Shown here one piece after another: positions 37,590 through 49,433 of a stretch of DNA of 64,000 nucleotides. The position numbers and the translations under genes were made by a program. The DNA is from Octopus sinensis. Taxonomy: Eukaryota. A model generated the notes under the pieces. The model did not search any database. It saw only the letters and a program-made list of their open reading frames with translations, and had not been told where the DNA came from. Location of the stretch: contig NC_042998.1 of the NCBI RefSeq assembly GCF_006345805.1, positions 107,880,001-107,944,000 on the forward strand, read 5' to 3'. Position 1 is the stretch's first letter, and the number at the start of each line of letters is the position of its first letter.

Positions 37590-38142
37590 ATGGACTGGCC
37601 ACATACGATACAGCTAAGGGTCAGACCCGATTCTGATTGGTCAACACGTTGATGACGCCTCGTTCTGCTAGACTGGACAGGATACAAACAAGGGGCAGAT
37701 CTAATACAGCTATAGGCCGGGAATGGTCAGAATATTGATGACGTCCCGTTCTGCTTGACTGATCACCTGGCAGGGTGCAGACAGGGGGCAGATCTAATAC
37801 AGCTATAGGTCGGGATTGGTCAGAATATTGATGACATCCCGTTCTGCTTGACTAAGCCACCTAACAAAACGATTGGTCAAGGGGCAGATCTAATAAAGCT
37901 ATAGGTCGGGATTGGTCAGAATATTGATGACGTCCCGTTCTGCTTGACTAAGCCACCTAACGAAACGATTGGTCAAAACAGGATACAGACAAGGGGCAGA
38001 TCTAATACAGCTATAGGTCGGGATTGGTCGGAATATTGATGACGTCCCGTTCTGCTTGACTAAGCCACCTAAAGAAACGATTGGTCAAAACGTTGATGAC
38101 GTCACGTTACGCTGGACTGGCCACCTAACAGGTGATATAAAA
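37590..38142 (+). promoter_or_regulatory. Tandem promoter-like array: four 93-112-bp units plus a diverged precursor unit, ending in a TATA box
   Basis: Unit starts near 37692, 37785, 37881 and 37993. Seven GATTGGTC (reverse CCAAT) motifs lie in this span and an eighth at 37464. TGACGTC at 37739, 37928 and 38040; full TGACGTCA at 38097; TATAAAA at 38136. Confidence 0.65.
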
Positions 38143-38445
38143 CCCAAACAATTCACAAGGTTCGCCAGAACGATCCAGCGAACACCGACCAAAAGTCATC
38201 ACAGTTCCTCAAGGTAAAATCTAAAATGAATTCCTCGCTCTTTCAGGAACACCAATTTTTTATATTGACTGCATATCACCACTTTGATCTATTTTTTATA
38301 TTGAATGCATATCACCACTATGAACCACTACATCATACTCTCTAAACATATAGCATGAACGAACTCACTTCACGATATATGAACTTTTGATGTCTGACTC
38401 TATTGTATATTATAAATGAATTTTTTATATTTGATAGCATGAACT

Positions 38446-38518
38446 ATCTTTTTTTATATATAACTTTTTTTGATAAGGTTCTCAAGAACCGAAACATGTT
38501 ATAATGTATATATAAAAA
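38446..38518 (+). ncRNA. Minimal type I hammerhead ribozyme with U3-A8 core; an identical copy lies on the minus strand at 37198-37270
   Basis: UUGAUAA (38470-38476), GGUUC-UCAA-GAACC, GAAAC, palindromic AACAUGUU helix III; predicted GUU cleavage after 38500. Confidence 0.75.
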
Positions 38519-38600
38519 TTAAAAATTTGTGTACTATAGCAGCATTTTCGAACTTCATTTTTTACAAATATATACCCACTCGTATACGAGCTAATCTCAT

Positions 38601-38655
<55 letters not shown>

Positions 38656-40698
38656 ACAGTGGTAAATGAGTGATAAAGCAGAGACACATATATACATTGT
38701 TGCAGAGATGTGTATATACTGAGAATAAATCAGTTGTGACAAATTCTACATTCACAATGGTTCATGTTGAAAGTTAAAAAAAGCAGTTGTTCTATAAAGG
38801 TATTTCTGCTAAAAACAATGGAATTGAATTACATAGCAAAGTAATAAATTGGTAAGTGTAAAGTGGTTCAAGGGAATTTACATAGATACTAAAGTGGAAT
38901 AACAATGATTCCTTAAATTGGTATAAGTATTATATTTTCAAAGTGTTTACCTTGATTAATTAACAATTAAAGTCTGTTATCTAGTCTATCTGATGATAAG
39001 TACTGAACACAATAATGAACTAATTACACATTGACAGCATTAATAGAAGTGGGTTTTATCAGTTTAACTGATTGGCTGGGTGCTTAAAAAACAGACATTT
39101 AATGGTAGAGTAGTGTGTCAGCATAGTGGTTTTAATGCTGGTCATATTGGTAATGGTGAGGGAAATATTAACATAAACGATGATGATGATGAATTTCTTT
39201 TTGATAGGTTCTAATATGAAAACTACTTCCCTGTGGATATAGTTAAAAAAAAAAAACTGCAATAGTCACCTTCATTTCTATTACCACTATCACTCCTATT
39301 GTTATCATAACATGATCACTATCACTAGAAACAAGACTGCCAACACTCCAAAACCCTTCCCTCACAACCATCACCAAAAGCAACAAGAATTAGGTCAAGT
39401 GGACTAATTCTGAAACTTTGCAAGATACTTAGGTATGTATTTAACTCTGCAAGGAGTACAAACCGAAATAAGCAAAATTAGTTTTGTCCAGAAAGAAATG
39501 TCAAGATATTTTTCAGTTTCAAAGAATAAAATTACACTATTCTGGAAACTTGACAGGGTAACTTAGTAATAGTAAATTCAGTGATGAGGTTGAGAGGATA
39601 AATATCATAGGTTCAAATTTTGCTACAAGGTGGATAATTCGTCATTGGTTTTGATGACGAGCGTCCATTTGTGTGATCATCTGGATTCTTTCTCCATCCA
39701 TTCCGATAGTCTAACCAAGCATCACAAAAACTGGTTACTCCGACAGAAAGTCCATCACTGCTAGAGTGTTAGTCCTCCACTAACCTGTCACACATCTCAC
39801 TCTGCCATGTGTAGCAGCAAATGCGATGTCACTAAATTAATACTGCAGCCAGCAGACAAAATGGTGACAACTGCCTAACAACATCCTGTCTGACCATGTG
39901 GGCCTGAGAACAAAGATAGGATCAGATATCACTCCTGAACTGTGGTCTAACATCTAGAAGTCATCTTGAATTTATCTCATTTCCTCTGACTTGATCTCCA
40001 AATACCTGATAAGTTATGTTTGTTTTACAAGCCTACAAAACTGTAAATTGCATGGAGCCAAATCAGACTGTTATTAAATAATATATGTAACTCCTAACAA
40101 ATATGCCACTTTCTTTCATTTGTCCACTCATTTATATAATAGTGCATATACACTGTATATTTATTTGTGTGTGCATGTATATCTATATACATATCTTTCT
40201 TTCTCTGATTCTTCAGTCCCTGCTATAACATTAGCTCGTACAATAAACACCTCCGTCTATTTTTAGAAACTCGACCATTATATCTTATTCTTCCTTTTTG
40301 AGGTTTACTACTCACATTAGTAACCTCCCACTCCTGTACCATTTTCTGTACCCATCCCTCCACCTTAGTGCCTTTCAAAAATATCACCCCACCTCCTACA
40401 TATTCCTTCCCTACATTCTTCTCATTTTATCCCTCCCCTACTCCTCTCCTATCCTCCTCATAATATCTTGACCACCATCTAACACTCCTTTTTCATTTTC
40501 TATTCCTTTCTTCTTTTCTCACCTATTCCTTTTAACCACTCTCCTCATTTTAACATACATATCTATTCTATTCTCTCTATCTACCGAGTACTACTACTAC
40601 ATTCTCAAAATTTCATTCACACCACAAACCCTTTTGAATGAACAGTACATGGAATCTACATCTCCACACTTTCCATTTGTAATAACAAAATATGAAAA

Positions 40699-41000
40699 AC
40701 TAGCAGAGATACTCGGTGTTGCCCATGTCACATGCAATTGAAGAATTAGACTTTTCTGTTATATTTTCTGTAATGAACTGGAATACCTATGTTTAGAATT
40801 TCATCAAAATTGCAGATGAGGGTTATTTCCCTCTTTACACACCCTAAAAAAATTGTAATCGTGCCACATGTATCCCATACTACTGATTTTTATGCGCATA
40901 TTCCAAAATTCCAGTCTTATAGAACCTGTTAAAAGGACATTGACCTGAATAATGGAGGTCGTGGAGCTCTAAAATGTGAGAGTTAAGGCCCCTATTGGGG
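40699..41000 (+). mobile_element. Possible Helitron/Helentron-associated non-autonomous element
   Basis: Begins actagcagagatactcggtgttgccc, like HINE-type 5' ends I recall. The 3' end is not resolved. Confidence 0.4.
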
Positions 41001-43129
41001 GTGGATGTCTTAATGTCAATCAGAGAAATTGAATTGTTAAGAATCTGTTTAACTTGGGTCTTATATCTATTGTTTGAATTTCTTTAAAATAGGAAATATA
41101 TGTTCACTGGGTTTGTAAAAAGGAGCAAAGCTACAGGAAACCAAAAGATGAATGATCACAGTAAGCAGTCAGCTACCCTACCCTAGTCGTTACCACTCCC
41201 AATGTAGGATTCCTCACCATCCAGGTGACAGGCACAGCCGTAAGATGCATTATGAATCTATTGCAATTGGAAGGGCATGACCCAACTGAAATAAACATTA
41301 ACAACTGTGTGACTTGAGGGCTAAGGAGAAATGAAAGTGTCACCTCTGGAGTTTGCAAATGACCACTATACTGATACGTAACTGGACAGAATAAATTTAC
41401 AATCTATAAATGTCTTTGAATAACCAGTCACTCATCTGGGAAGGCCTTGAAATCAATGTTACCATCTGGGGACTATGTGTGACCCAGTGATAATAAAAAG
41501 ACTGAAAGGAGGTCTGCAATCAAATAACTTTACTCAACACTTTGCAACTGAATCAGTGGAGGCAAAGATGCCTCTCATTTACTTGACAATTTATGCACCA
41601 CATTGCAGAAATCACAATGTAAGTGTATGTCAAAGCAAACTCTTACACTGTTGTACCATTGAGTTACAAATAATGCTCATCTTTTATTTTTTTCCTTATT
41701 CAAATTTTTGACTGCTTAAAAATGAGTTTGGTATTTGTAGACAAACACTGGCAAAGAGAACTTCACTCATGATGTAGACTGCAAATGAAAAGGGAGATCA
41801 ACATTGATCCGTTCAGTGTTTGCATCTCTACATTCCTTAGCATACATTCTTTTGTGCTTGGCATGTGGCATACTGTACAGCAGTACAAATTACAAGATTA
41901 GGAGGAGAGAAAAGATGCACTGGGCTCTGCACAAATTTATTCCACTGACAAAAAGATTATTTGTATTGGTTTTTCAGTAACATGCCATTTCTTCTTTGCA
42001 AAAGTGGTTGTTTTTCTTGCAGTAGTTGTCATAATGAAAACTGCTGTTTCTATAACTTCCTCACTTAATGATGGTCCATGGTAGATTTAGCATATGCAGT
42101 AGTTGTTGTACTCCTCCAGTCATCTGTGTAGCTGCATCTCATCTTTTGTTACTGAGGGTTCATACATTGTTCTTGATGGAAGAGTCCATCATCATCATGT
42201 GTGTGAGTGTGTGTGTGTGTGTGTGTGATTTTAAATTGAAAACACAACTATATTCTAGTTTTAGCTCTTTTTTTATTGAAGATCTTCCATATTCCCTTAT
42301 AAGCTCTTAACAATTTGTTTGCAGCACTAAGGTTCTTTGAGCCAGTAATATTTTCAGACCTTCAAGTTCAAATTTTCTGGATGTAGAGATTGATTTTGGG
42401 GTGTTTTACAGCAATTCTACTATGAAACAAATCTATAGTATTGGACTTTATTAATGGTGACATTACCACATGTTAGAACTTTTGACTGTTGACTGAAGCA
42501 TGTCTAAATCAGGCAGTGATGACGTCATCAACAAAGTGATAATCATATTTTCATTTTGGGATATCAGTGCAGATAAGTAGATTTTTCACTGGAACTTAAG
42601 GGTGTTACTCATTAAATTTGATTTTTATTAATTTCTGGAACTGTCTTTCACAAGTCATAAGTACACATACACACAGATAATCAGTTGAGCTTATAGGTCA
42701 ATGATGTAATGTAAGTATTGTGTAAAAGAAAATGGGCTTTAAATTACAATACACATATATACGCAAACATACAATTTCTATACTATCATTCTCTCACATG
42801 ACTATTAATTATATCTGAATAGACTTATTTTACATATGTTTTAAATGAAATACTAGTGTGTTAGATAATGAGCATGGTGACCTAAATCATGGAAAAATAT
42901 GCCACACACATTATGAAACATAAAATATGCATCACATTAACCAACACAAAGGTTCTATCTTACCATCCTCACCACTGTTCAATGCAAGAGCCATCTCATT
43001 TAACAAATTGTATTCCAACTATCTAAGGCTTAGAATAACACTTTAGGATGGCGTCTGGAAGGTTAGTATAATTATCCAACTCAAACTGACACTGAAGCAA
43101 ATATGAAGAAAATGATAATTAAAAATAAG

Positions 43130-43720
43130 TTTAATCAGGTTGAAGGAGCTGCACTTATGTCCTTCACAGACCCTCCTAGACTGGTGCAATCAATGCACAG
43201 TTGAGATTCATCTTGAAAAATATAAGTTAACAACTGCGGGAAAAACTTAGGGAGGGAATTCCTGAAGATGCTTATAAAGGAAGAGATGAGAAACTGGTTA
43301 GCGTAGAGCTGAGGGAAAGTAGAAGACATAGTATGGGTGATGAGAATAGAGAAAAGTGGGCTTGAGTGTAAATATTATGTAGCTAACCAGCTGAGAAGCT
43401 ACTGAAACAGCAGTAGAAGAACCAGAGTAAGAGATCATGTTTTTCAAGTAGAGGTTGATGTGTATTGTTAAATGACTCCATCTAAATCAGCTGAGTAGCT
43501 TTGTTTTGGATGCAGTCAAGGATGTTTGTGTATATAAAAAGAAGCATGTCATTGTGGGTCATATTTGAGAGAACTAGCATCTGTTTGGGAGTGAAGTACT
43601 TCCTGTCCCTAAAAAGAAATGCTAGTCTTTGTGATGCAATCTTTGCTATGATGTGGATGTAGGATCACCAAAACATATCATCAGTGTTTATGAGGCCTAA
43701 CATCTCTAGCAAAGGTTTTA
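43130..43720 (-). mobile_element. Old CR1/Jockey-type LINE RT C-terminal remnant
   Basis: Translates in pieces as RLAFLFRDRKYFTPKQML and ILDCIQNKATQLI. Confidence 0.6.
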
Positions 43721-44199
43721 GCTGTAGACATGACTCTTGTTTAAGAATATCTTCAGTGTGTCTGGTCTTGAAGGCAGTGTAGAATGTGCTTCCTTTTCTT
43801 TTTTTAAGATGTGGGGTGGGTTGCTTAATGTGTTAGACATAATAACCAAATATCTCACTCCTGTCTTAAAGAAGAAAAGGTATTATGAAAAAAGTAGTCT
43901 CAGAAATAAATTGAGAATAAAACTAGATGGTCACACCTGAAATGTATTAAATTTCATGGCTGATTTGGGACAAGGCTGTACTCCTAGTTTCTTCTCTTCA
44001 ACTATCATAAATTGCTATAAGAACTAGTTATCAGCAGAAAAGAGTTTCCATGAGTAACCAGTCGTAAGCACCTCTGTTATAGTATTCTATTAATACTTGC
44101 TAAAACAACTATCAATTGAAATCTGTAATTAGTTTGACTGTGCTTACTTCATAGAAAATGTGTGGGCTTGTTTCAATGTGATGTGTGTGTGTGTACGAT

Positions 44200-44345
44200 C
44201 ATCATCATTTAATGTCTGCTTTTCTGCTTTCCATGTTTGCATGGGTTGGATAGTTTAACAGGGATTGGCTGGGAAGTGTCTGTTTTGGGATGGTTTTTAT
44301 GGCTGGATGCCCTTTCTAACACCAACCACCCCACAGAGTGGATTA
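44200..44345 (-). mobile_element. RTE-type 3' tail
   Basis: catcatcatttaatgtc...ggctggatgccctttctaacaccaaccac. Confidence 0.7.
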
Positions 44346-44519
44346 AAGAATTTGCATTCCTCCCCAGTGAGGAATCAGATCCTGGTCTCCTGCATAACAA
44401 GCAGGGATACTTACCACTATATTACCGAGGATACCTACACACACACACACACACATACATATATACTTTATTTAAAAGCAGCAGAAAATATAACATATAT
44501 ATATATATGTGTGTGTATA

Positions 44520-46587
44520 TCTGGTGAGATTGCTGAGATGCTTAAATGGAAATGTGTTGATTTGTGCTGCCTCCAAGAAGTAAGGTAGAGAGGAAGTTCT
44601 GCTAGGTTCCTCACAGGCAAAGAACACAGATACAAGATTTTCTGAGCAGGGAACACTGATGGAGTCGGTGGTGGGGGTATACTTTTTGCGGAGAAATGGG
44701 TTGATAAGGTAATCGAGGTAGTCAGAGGTAGACAGCTGCAAGAGAAATACTTAGCCAAAGATAAACCTCGCAACCTGGCTTTTGTTGACATGAAGAAAGC
44801 CTTTGACAGGGTCCCCCGATCCCATATCTGGTGGTCAATGAGGAAACTAGGGATAGATGAATGGTTAGTGAAAGCTGCGCAAACCATGTACAGGAACGCT
44901 GTCAGTAAGGTGAGGGTTGGCAATGAGTACAGTGAAGAATTGTGGGTAGAGGTAGGGGTCCACCAAGCTTCAGTCCTCAGCCCCTCCTATTTATCATAGT
45001 CCTCCAGGCAATAACTGAGGAATTCCAGACAGGATGTCCCTGGGAGCACCTCTATGCTGATGACCTTGCTCTAATTGCTGAGTCACTATCAGAACTGGAG
45101 GAGAAGTTTCAGGTGTGGAAGCAAGGATTAGAATCGAATGGCCTTAGAGTCAACCTAGCTAAAACCAAAGTCCTAATAATCTACCCTTCAAGTAGATGGC
45201 CCAACTCGATCTGTAGAAAAGGCATACGTAGAGACTCTATAAGATGTACCTAGTGTAAGCTATGGACACAAAAGAGGTGCAGCAATATCAAAGGAAAGCT
45301 AACTAGGAAGATAGTTTTTGTGTGGCAGATGCTCAGGAGCAATAAACACTAAAAATGTGCAAGCAACAACTTCTGCCACATTCTAGGGAGAAAAACTAGA
45401 AGCAGGTGATAGCTTTCGTTAACTAGGTGACCAAGTCAGTAGCCGGGATGGATGCTCTGAAAGTGCAGCTGCTAGAATGAGAATAGCCTGGGCAAAGTTC
45501 AGAGAGCTCTTACCTCTTCTGGTGACAAAGGGCCTCTTGCTCAGAGTAAAAGGTAGACTGTATGACACATGTGTATGAACATCCATGCTACATGGCAGTG
45601 AAACATGGGCTGTGACTGCTGAGGACATGCATAAGCTTGCAAGAAATGAAGCTAGTAAGCTCTACTGGATGTGTAATGTCAGTGTGCATATGCAACAGAA
45701 TATAAGCACTCTGAGAGAAAAGTTAGACATAAGAAGCATCAGATGTGGTGTGCAAGAGAGATGACGGTGCTGGTATAGTCATGTGACGTGAGTGGATGAG
45801 GATAGCTGTGTGAAAAAGTGTCACACCCTAGTGGTTGAGGGAAACTGTGGAAGAGGTAGACCCAGGAAGACCTGGGATGAGATGGTGAAGCATGACCTTT
45901 GAACATTGGTCCACACCAAGGCAATGACTAGTGACTGAGACCTTTGGAAATATACTGTGCTTGAGAAGACCCAGCAAGCCAAATGAGACCATAACCTGTG
46001 GCCTATGTCAGTAGTGTAACCAGCCCACTTAGGCATGCCTTTCTTTTACTGGACACTAAACTCTGCTTGCGAAGACCTGTTGAGGCAAGTGAAATCGAAA
46101 TCAAATTCGATGACAGCACTGCACGACTGGCATCCATGTTAGTGGAGTGCTAAGAGCACCATCCGAGCATACTCGTTGCCAGGGCCGCTGACTGGTCCCC
46201 GTGGCGGTGGCATGTAAAAAGCATCGTTCGACCGTGATCATTACCAGCATCGCCTTACTGGCACTTGTGCCGGTGGTACGTGAAAAACAACATTCAAGCA
46301 AGGGCGATGCCAGTGCCGCAGGACTAGCTCTTGTGCAGATGACACGTAAAAACACCATTTGAGCATGGCTGTTGCCAGTACCAACTGAGCGGCCTTTGTG
46401 CTGGTGGTAAGTAAAAGCACCCACTACACTCTCGGAGTGGTTGGTGTTAGGAAGGGCATCCAGCTGTAGAAACTCTGCCAGATCAGATTGGAGCCTGGTG
46501 CAGCCATCTGGCTCACCAGTCCCCAATCAAACCATCCAACCCATGCCAGCATGGAAAGTGGACGTTAAACAATGATGATGATGATGA
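44520..46587 (+). mobile_element. Internally deleted RTE LINE: APE fragment fused to RT, with 3' UTR modules and tail
   Basis: SGEIAEMLKWKCVDLCCLQEVR...WVDKVIEVVR jumps at about 44728 to QLQEKYLAKDKP, then KAFDRVP and LYADDLALIAES. Four modules at 46100-46420, then (GAT)n. Confidence 0.88.
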
Positions 46588-47059
46588 TATATATATATAT
46601 ATAATGGAAAATCAATAAAAAAGAGTATAGTGAACTTGTTGTGAAGAGTAGAAAATCCAATGTTTTAGACAGTCCTTGAGGGGTAAATCAAAAGACGCAG
46701 AATTAATGAAAGACAGTTGAGTTTCACATTCTCTAAGTTGAAAAAACTGGCCAAGGATCTAAAAATCTGCTATCTCTCATTAATTTCTCTTCTTTTAACT
46801 TTCCCATACTCTTTTTATCAGTTTTATTACATAATATAAATCTAGCCAACACAAACCAGCAACAGCTTCTTTGGGGTCTGTTTTAACGTACACAAACACA
46901 CACTTTTTATGCGTGCATGCATGTGTGTGTGTGCATACGTATGTACATACATACATATTGTTATATTTCAGGATGGTCCTATTTTTTTCTCAAATAAACA
47001 CATGCACTATATATTCATCCTTCACTTCAGCTTTATTTTTCAATACACCTACCCACAGA

Positions 47060-47670
47060 TATCATCATCATCATCATCATCATTTAACGTCCGTTTTCCT
47101 TGCATTTTCCATGGGCTGGACAGTTCGACCAGGGTCTGGGAAGCCAGGAGACTGCACCAGGCTCCAGTCTGATCTGGCAGTGTTTCTACAGCTGGATGCC
47201 CTTCCTAACTCCAACCACTCCGTGAGTGTGATGGGTGCTTTTTACGTGCCACCAGCACAGGGGCCAGAGGAGACTGGCAAAGGCCATGATTGGTTGGTGC
47301 ATTTTATGTGCCACTGGCACAGAAGCCAGTCAAGGCGGCACTGACATCAGCGATGTTCGGATGGTGCTTTTTACATGCCACCAGCACAGGTATTACAACT
47401 ACAATTTCCATTTGATTTTTATTTTGATGTTGATGTACTTGACTCAATAGGTCTCCTCAAGCACAGCAGGTCACCCTACAATCCAAGGTAAGCACAGCAG
47501 GTCGTCCTACGATCCAAGGTATTTTGAATGGGCTGGGGATGGTTATGTGAAGCTGGTGTAGGATATGCCGTGGACTCACTTTATTTGTTGGATCTTCGCA
47601 GTCACAGCATATCTCCAGAGGTCTCAGTCTTTCGTCATTGCCTCTGTGAAGCCCAACGTTTGAAGGTCAT
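47060..47670 (-). mobile_element. RTE 3' fragment (tail, modules, ORF end)
   Basis: Reverse complement of the common tail and of gggcttcacagaggcaatgac. Confidence 0.8.
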
Positions 47671-48169
47671 GATATATACATAACTACCAGAAGAATACCT
47701 GATTATTGTTTAGGAAACAAAAAATGCTATCAGTGGCCAATTTTTTGAATGAGACTATGATTCAGTACAAATTTATTATTTCCAAGACAATGTGTATATT
47801 ATTTCTAATAGATAAACATTTTTATTTGTTAATATATTATTCACAATTCAATAACTCACTGTAAAAGGAATGGTGCAATGTCATTCCTACCACAACAATC
47901 TGGTTAGGATAACATTAACGCATACAGAACATATATTTCAAATCTCACATCAGGAGAGAAGGAAGTGCTCATGACCATTTACAGGGCTTCTGAAACTGGT
48001 GGGAGAGAAGGGGAATGGAATCCTTGAACCAGAGACCTGATCTGAATGTTTGCAACAGAGTGAGCTCTACTAAATACAGTGTTATGTTTCTATGCCAAGC
48101 TTTCATGCTAGCAACCAGGATCTTAGACATAGAGATCTTCACTGATAGTCTTCCCTTGGACTCACAATT

Positions 48170-48560
48170 TCCAAGGCACAAATGAGGTTGTGTGGTAAGA
48201 ATCTTGCTTTCTAACCACGTGATTCTGAGTTCAGTTCCACGCATGGCAACTTGGACAAGTGTCTTCTATTCCAGCCTCAGACTGACCAAAACCTTATGAG
48301 TGGATTTGGTAGATGGAAACTCACACATATACATACATACATACATGTGTGTGTATGCCTTTGTGTCTATGTTTGTCTCTCACCATCACTTGACAACTGG
48401 TGTTTATGTTCCCATAATTTAGCAGTTCAGCAAAAGATATCGATAAAATAAGTATATGGGTTAAAAGAAAAATAAGTATTTGGGTTGATTCATTTGACTA
48501 AAAATTTTTTGATGTGGTTTTCCAGCATGGCTGCAGTCAACTGGCTGAAACAAGTAAAAG
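48170..48560 (+). mobile_element. SINE family A, diverged full length
   Basis: gaggttgtgtggtaag..gagttcagttcc..gagtggatttggtagatggaaact..ctgaaacaagtaaaag. Confidence 0.75.
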
Positions 48561-49433
48561 ATTATCTGCCATCCCACTTAATTATGAAGCAAAATCTAAA
48601 TTGATTTTGATCTCTCAATGCACACCCCAATTTCTTCCTGTAAATTTTGATGAAAACCTTCCTGAGGTATCTAAGTGATACCATAAATAACAGCTGATGT
48701 CATAAACTGTAACTACATGACTAACTGAACTTTAAACTGTTATCTGCTATGCTATTATTGTTTATTTTCACTTAGTAGTTGCCTAAACAAAAGCTGGATG
48801 TATAAACTTTTAGTAAGAGGTAAGGAGCAATCCCAGTTACCACATACCATAGAGAGAGGAAACAAAAATGTGGTCAATTGATGTGTCAGACATAATAGCC
48901 AAATCTACAACTTCTATCTTTAAAATAATAAAGGATACTTTGAAAAATGTAGATTTAGAAATACATTGAAAAAAGACTAGGTAACCACAGCTTGAACAAC
49001 ATAAAATGTAGATTTACTGAATCATGCTTGCCTGAAAATAAAATAGTTCCTGGCTGAAAATCATTGTTCTTCATTAAGATATTTTATACCACATACTTAT
49101 CAGACGTAACATAAGGTAAACCACATACTTAGACATAACATAAGGTAAACCACATACTTGTCAATATATATTCCATATTGTGTATCTTTTCAATATTCAA
49201 TATGCTTGAACCATATACCTTAACTATCTGTCTGTTCTGTCTCACTACCTAATGTGTGTGTGTGAGAGAGAGAGTTGAAGGCACAAGACATATTATAAAA
49301 ACCTGCCTAGACCCACACATCTCCAAAGCAAGAACCTATTAGTGGCTTGTATCTTTATACTGTGTATATTAAATGATATTTACCTCTCATTAGATGGAGT
49401 ACATTTTTTGTTGATCTTACCATAATGGAAGAG

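Larger units (their letters stand above)
37151..38605 (+). mobile_element. Very young 5'-truncated, 5'-inverted Penelope-like element in a (TA)n site
   Basis: 238-bp inverted arms at 37151-37388 and 38328-38565 are identical base for base. The spacer begins with a GIY-YIG-type C-terminus RDKELYFIKKFRPSLNTLGQEY* (37387-37455). A hammerhead lies in the arm. (TA)n flanks both sides. Confidence 0.85.
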
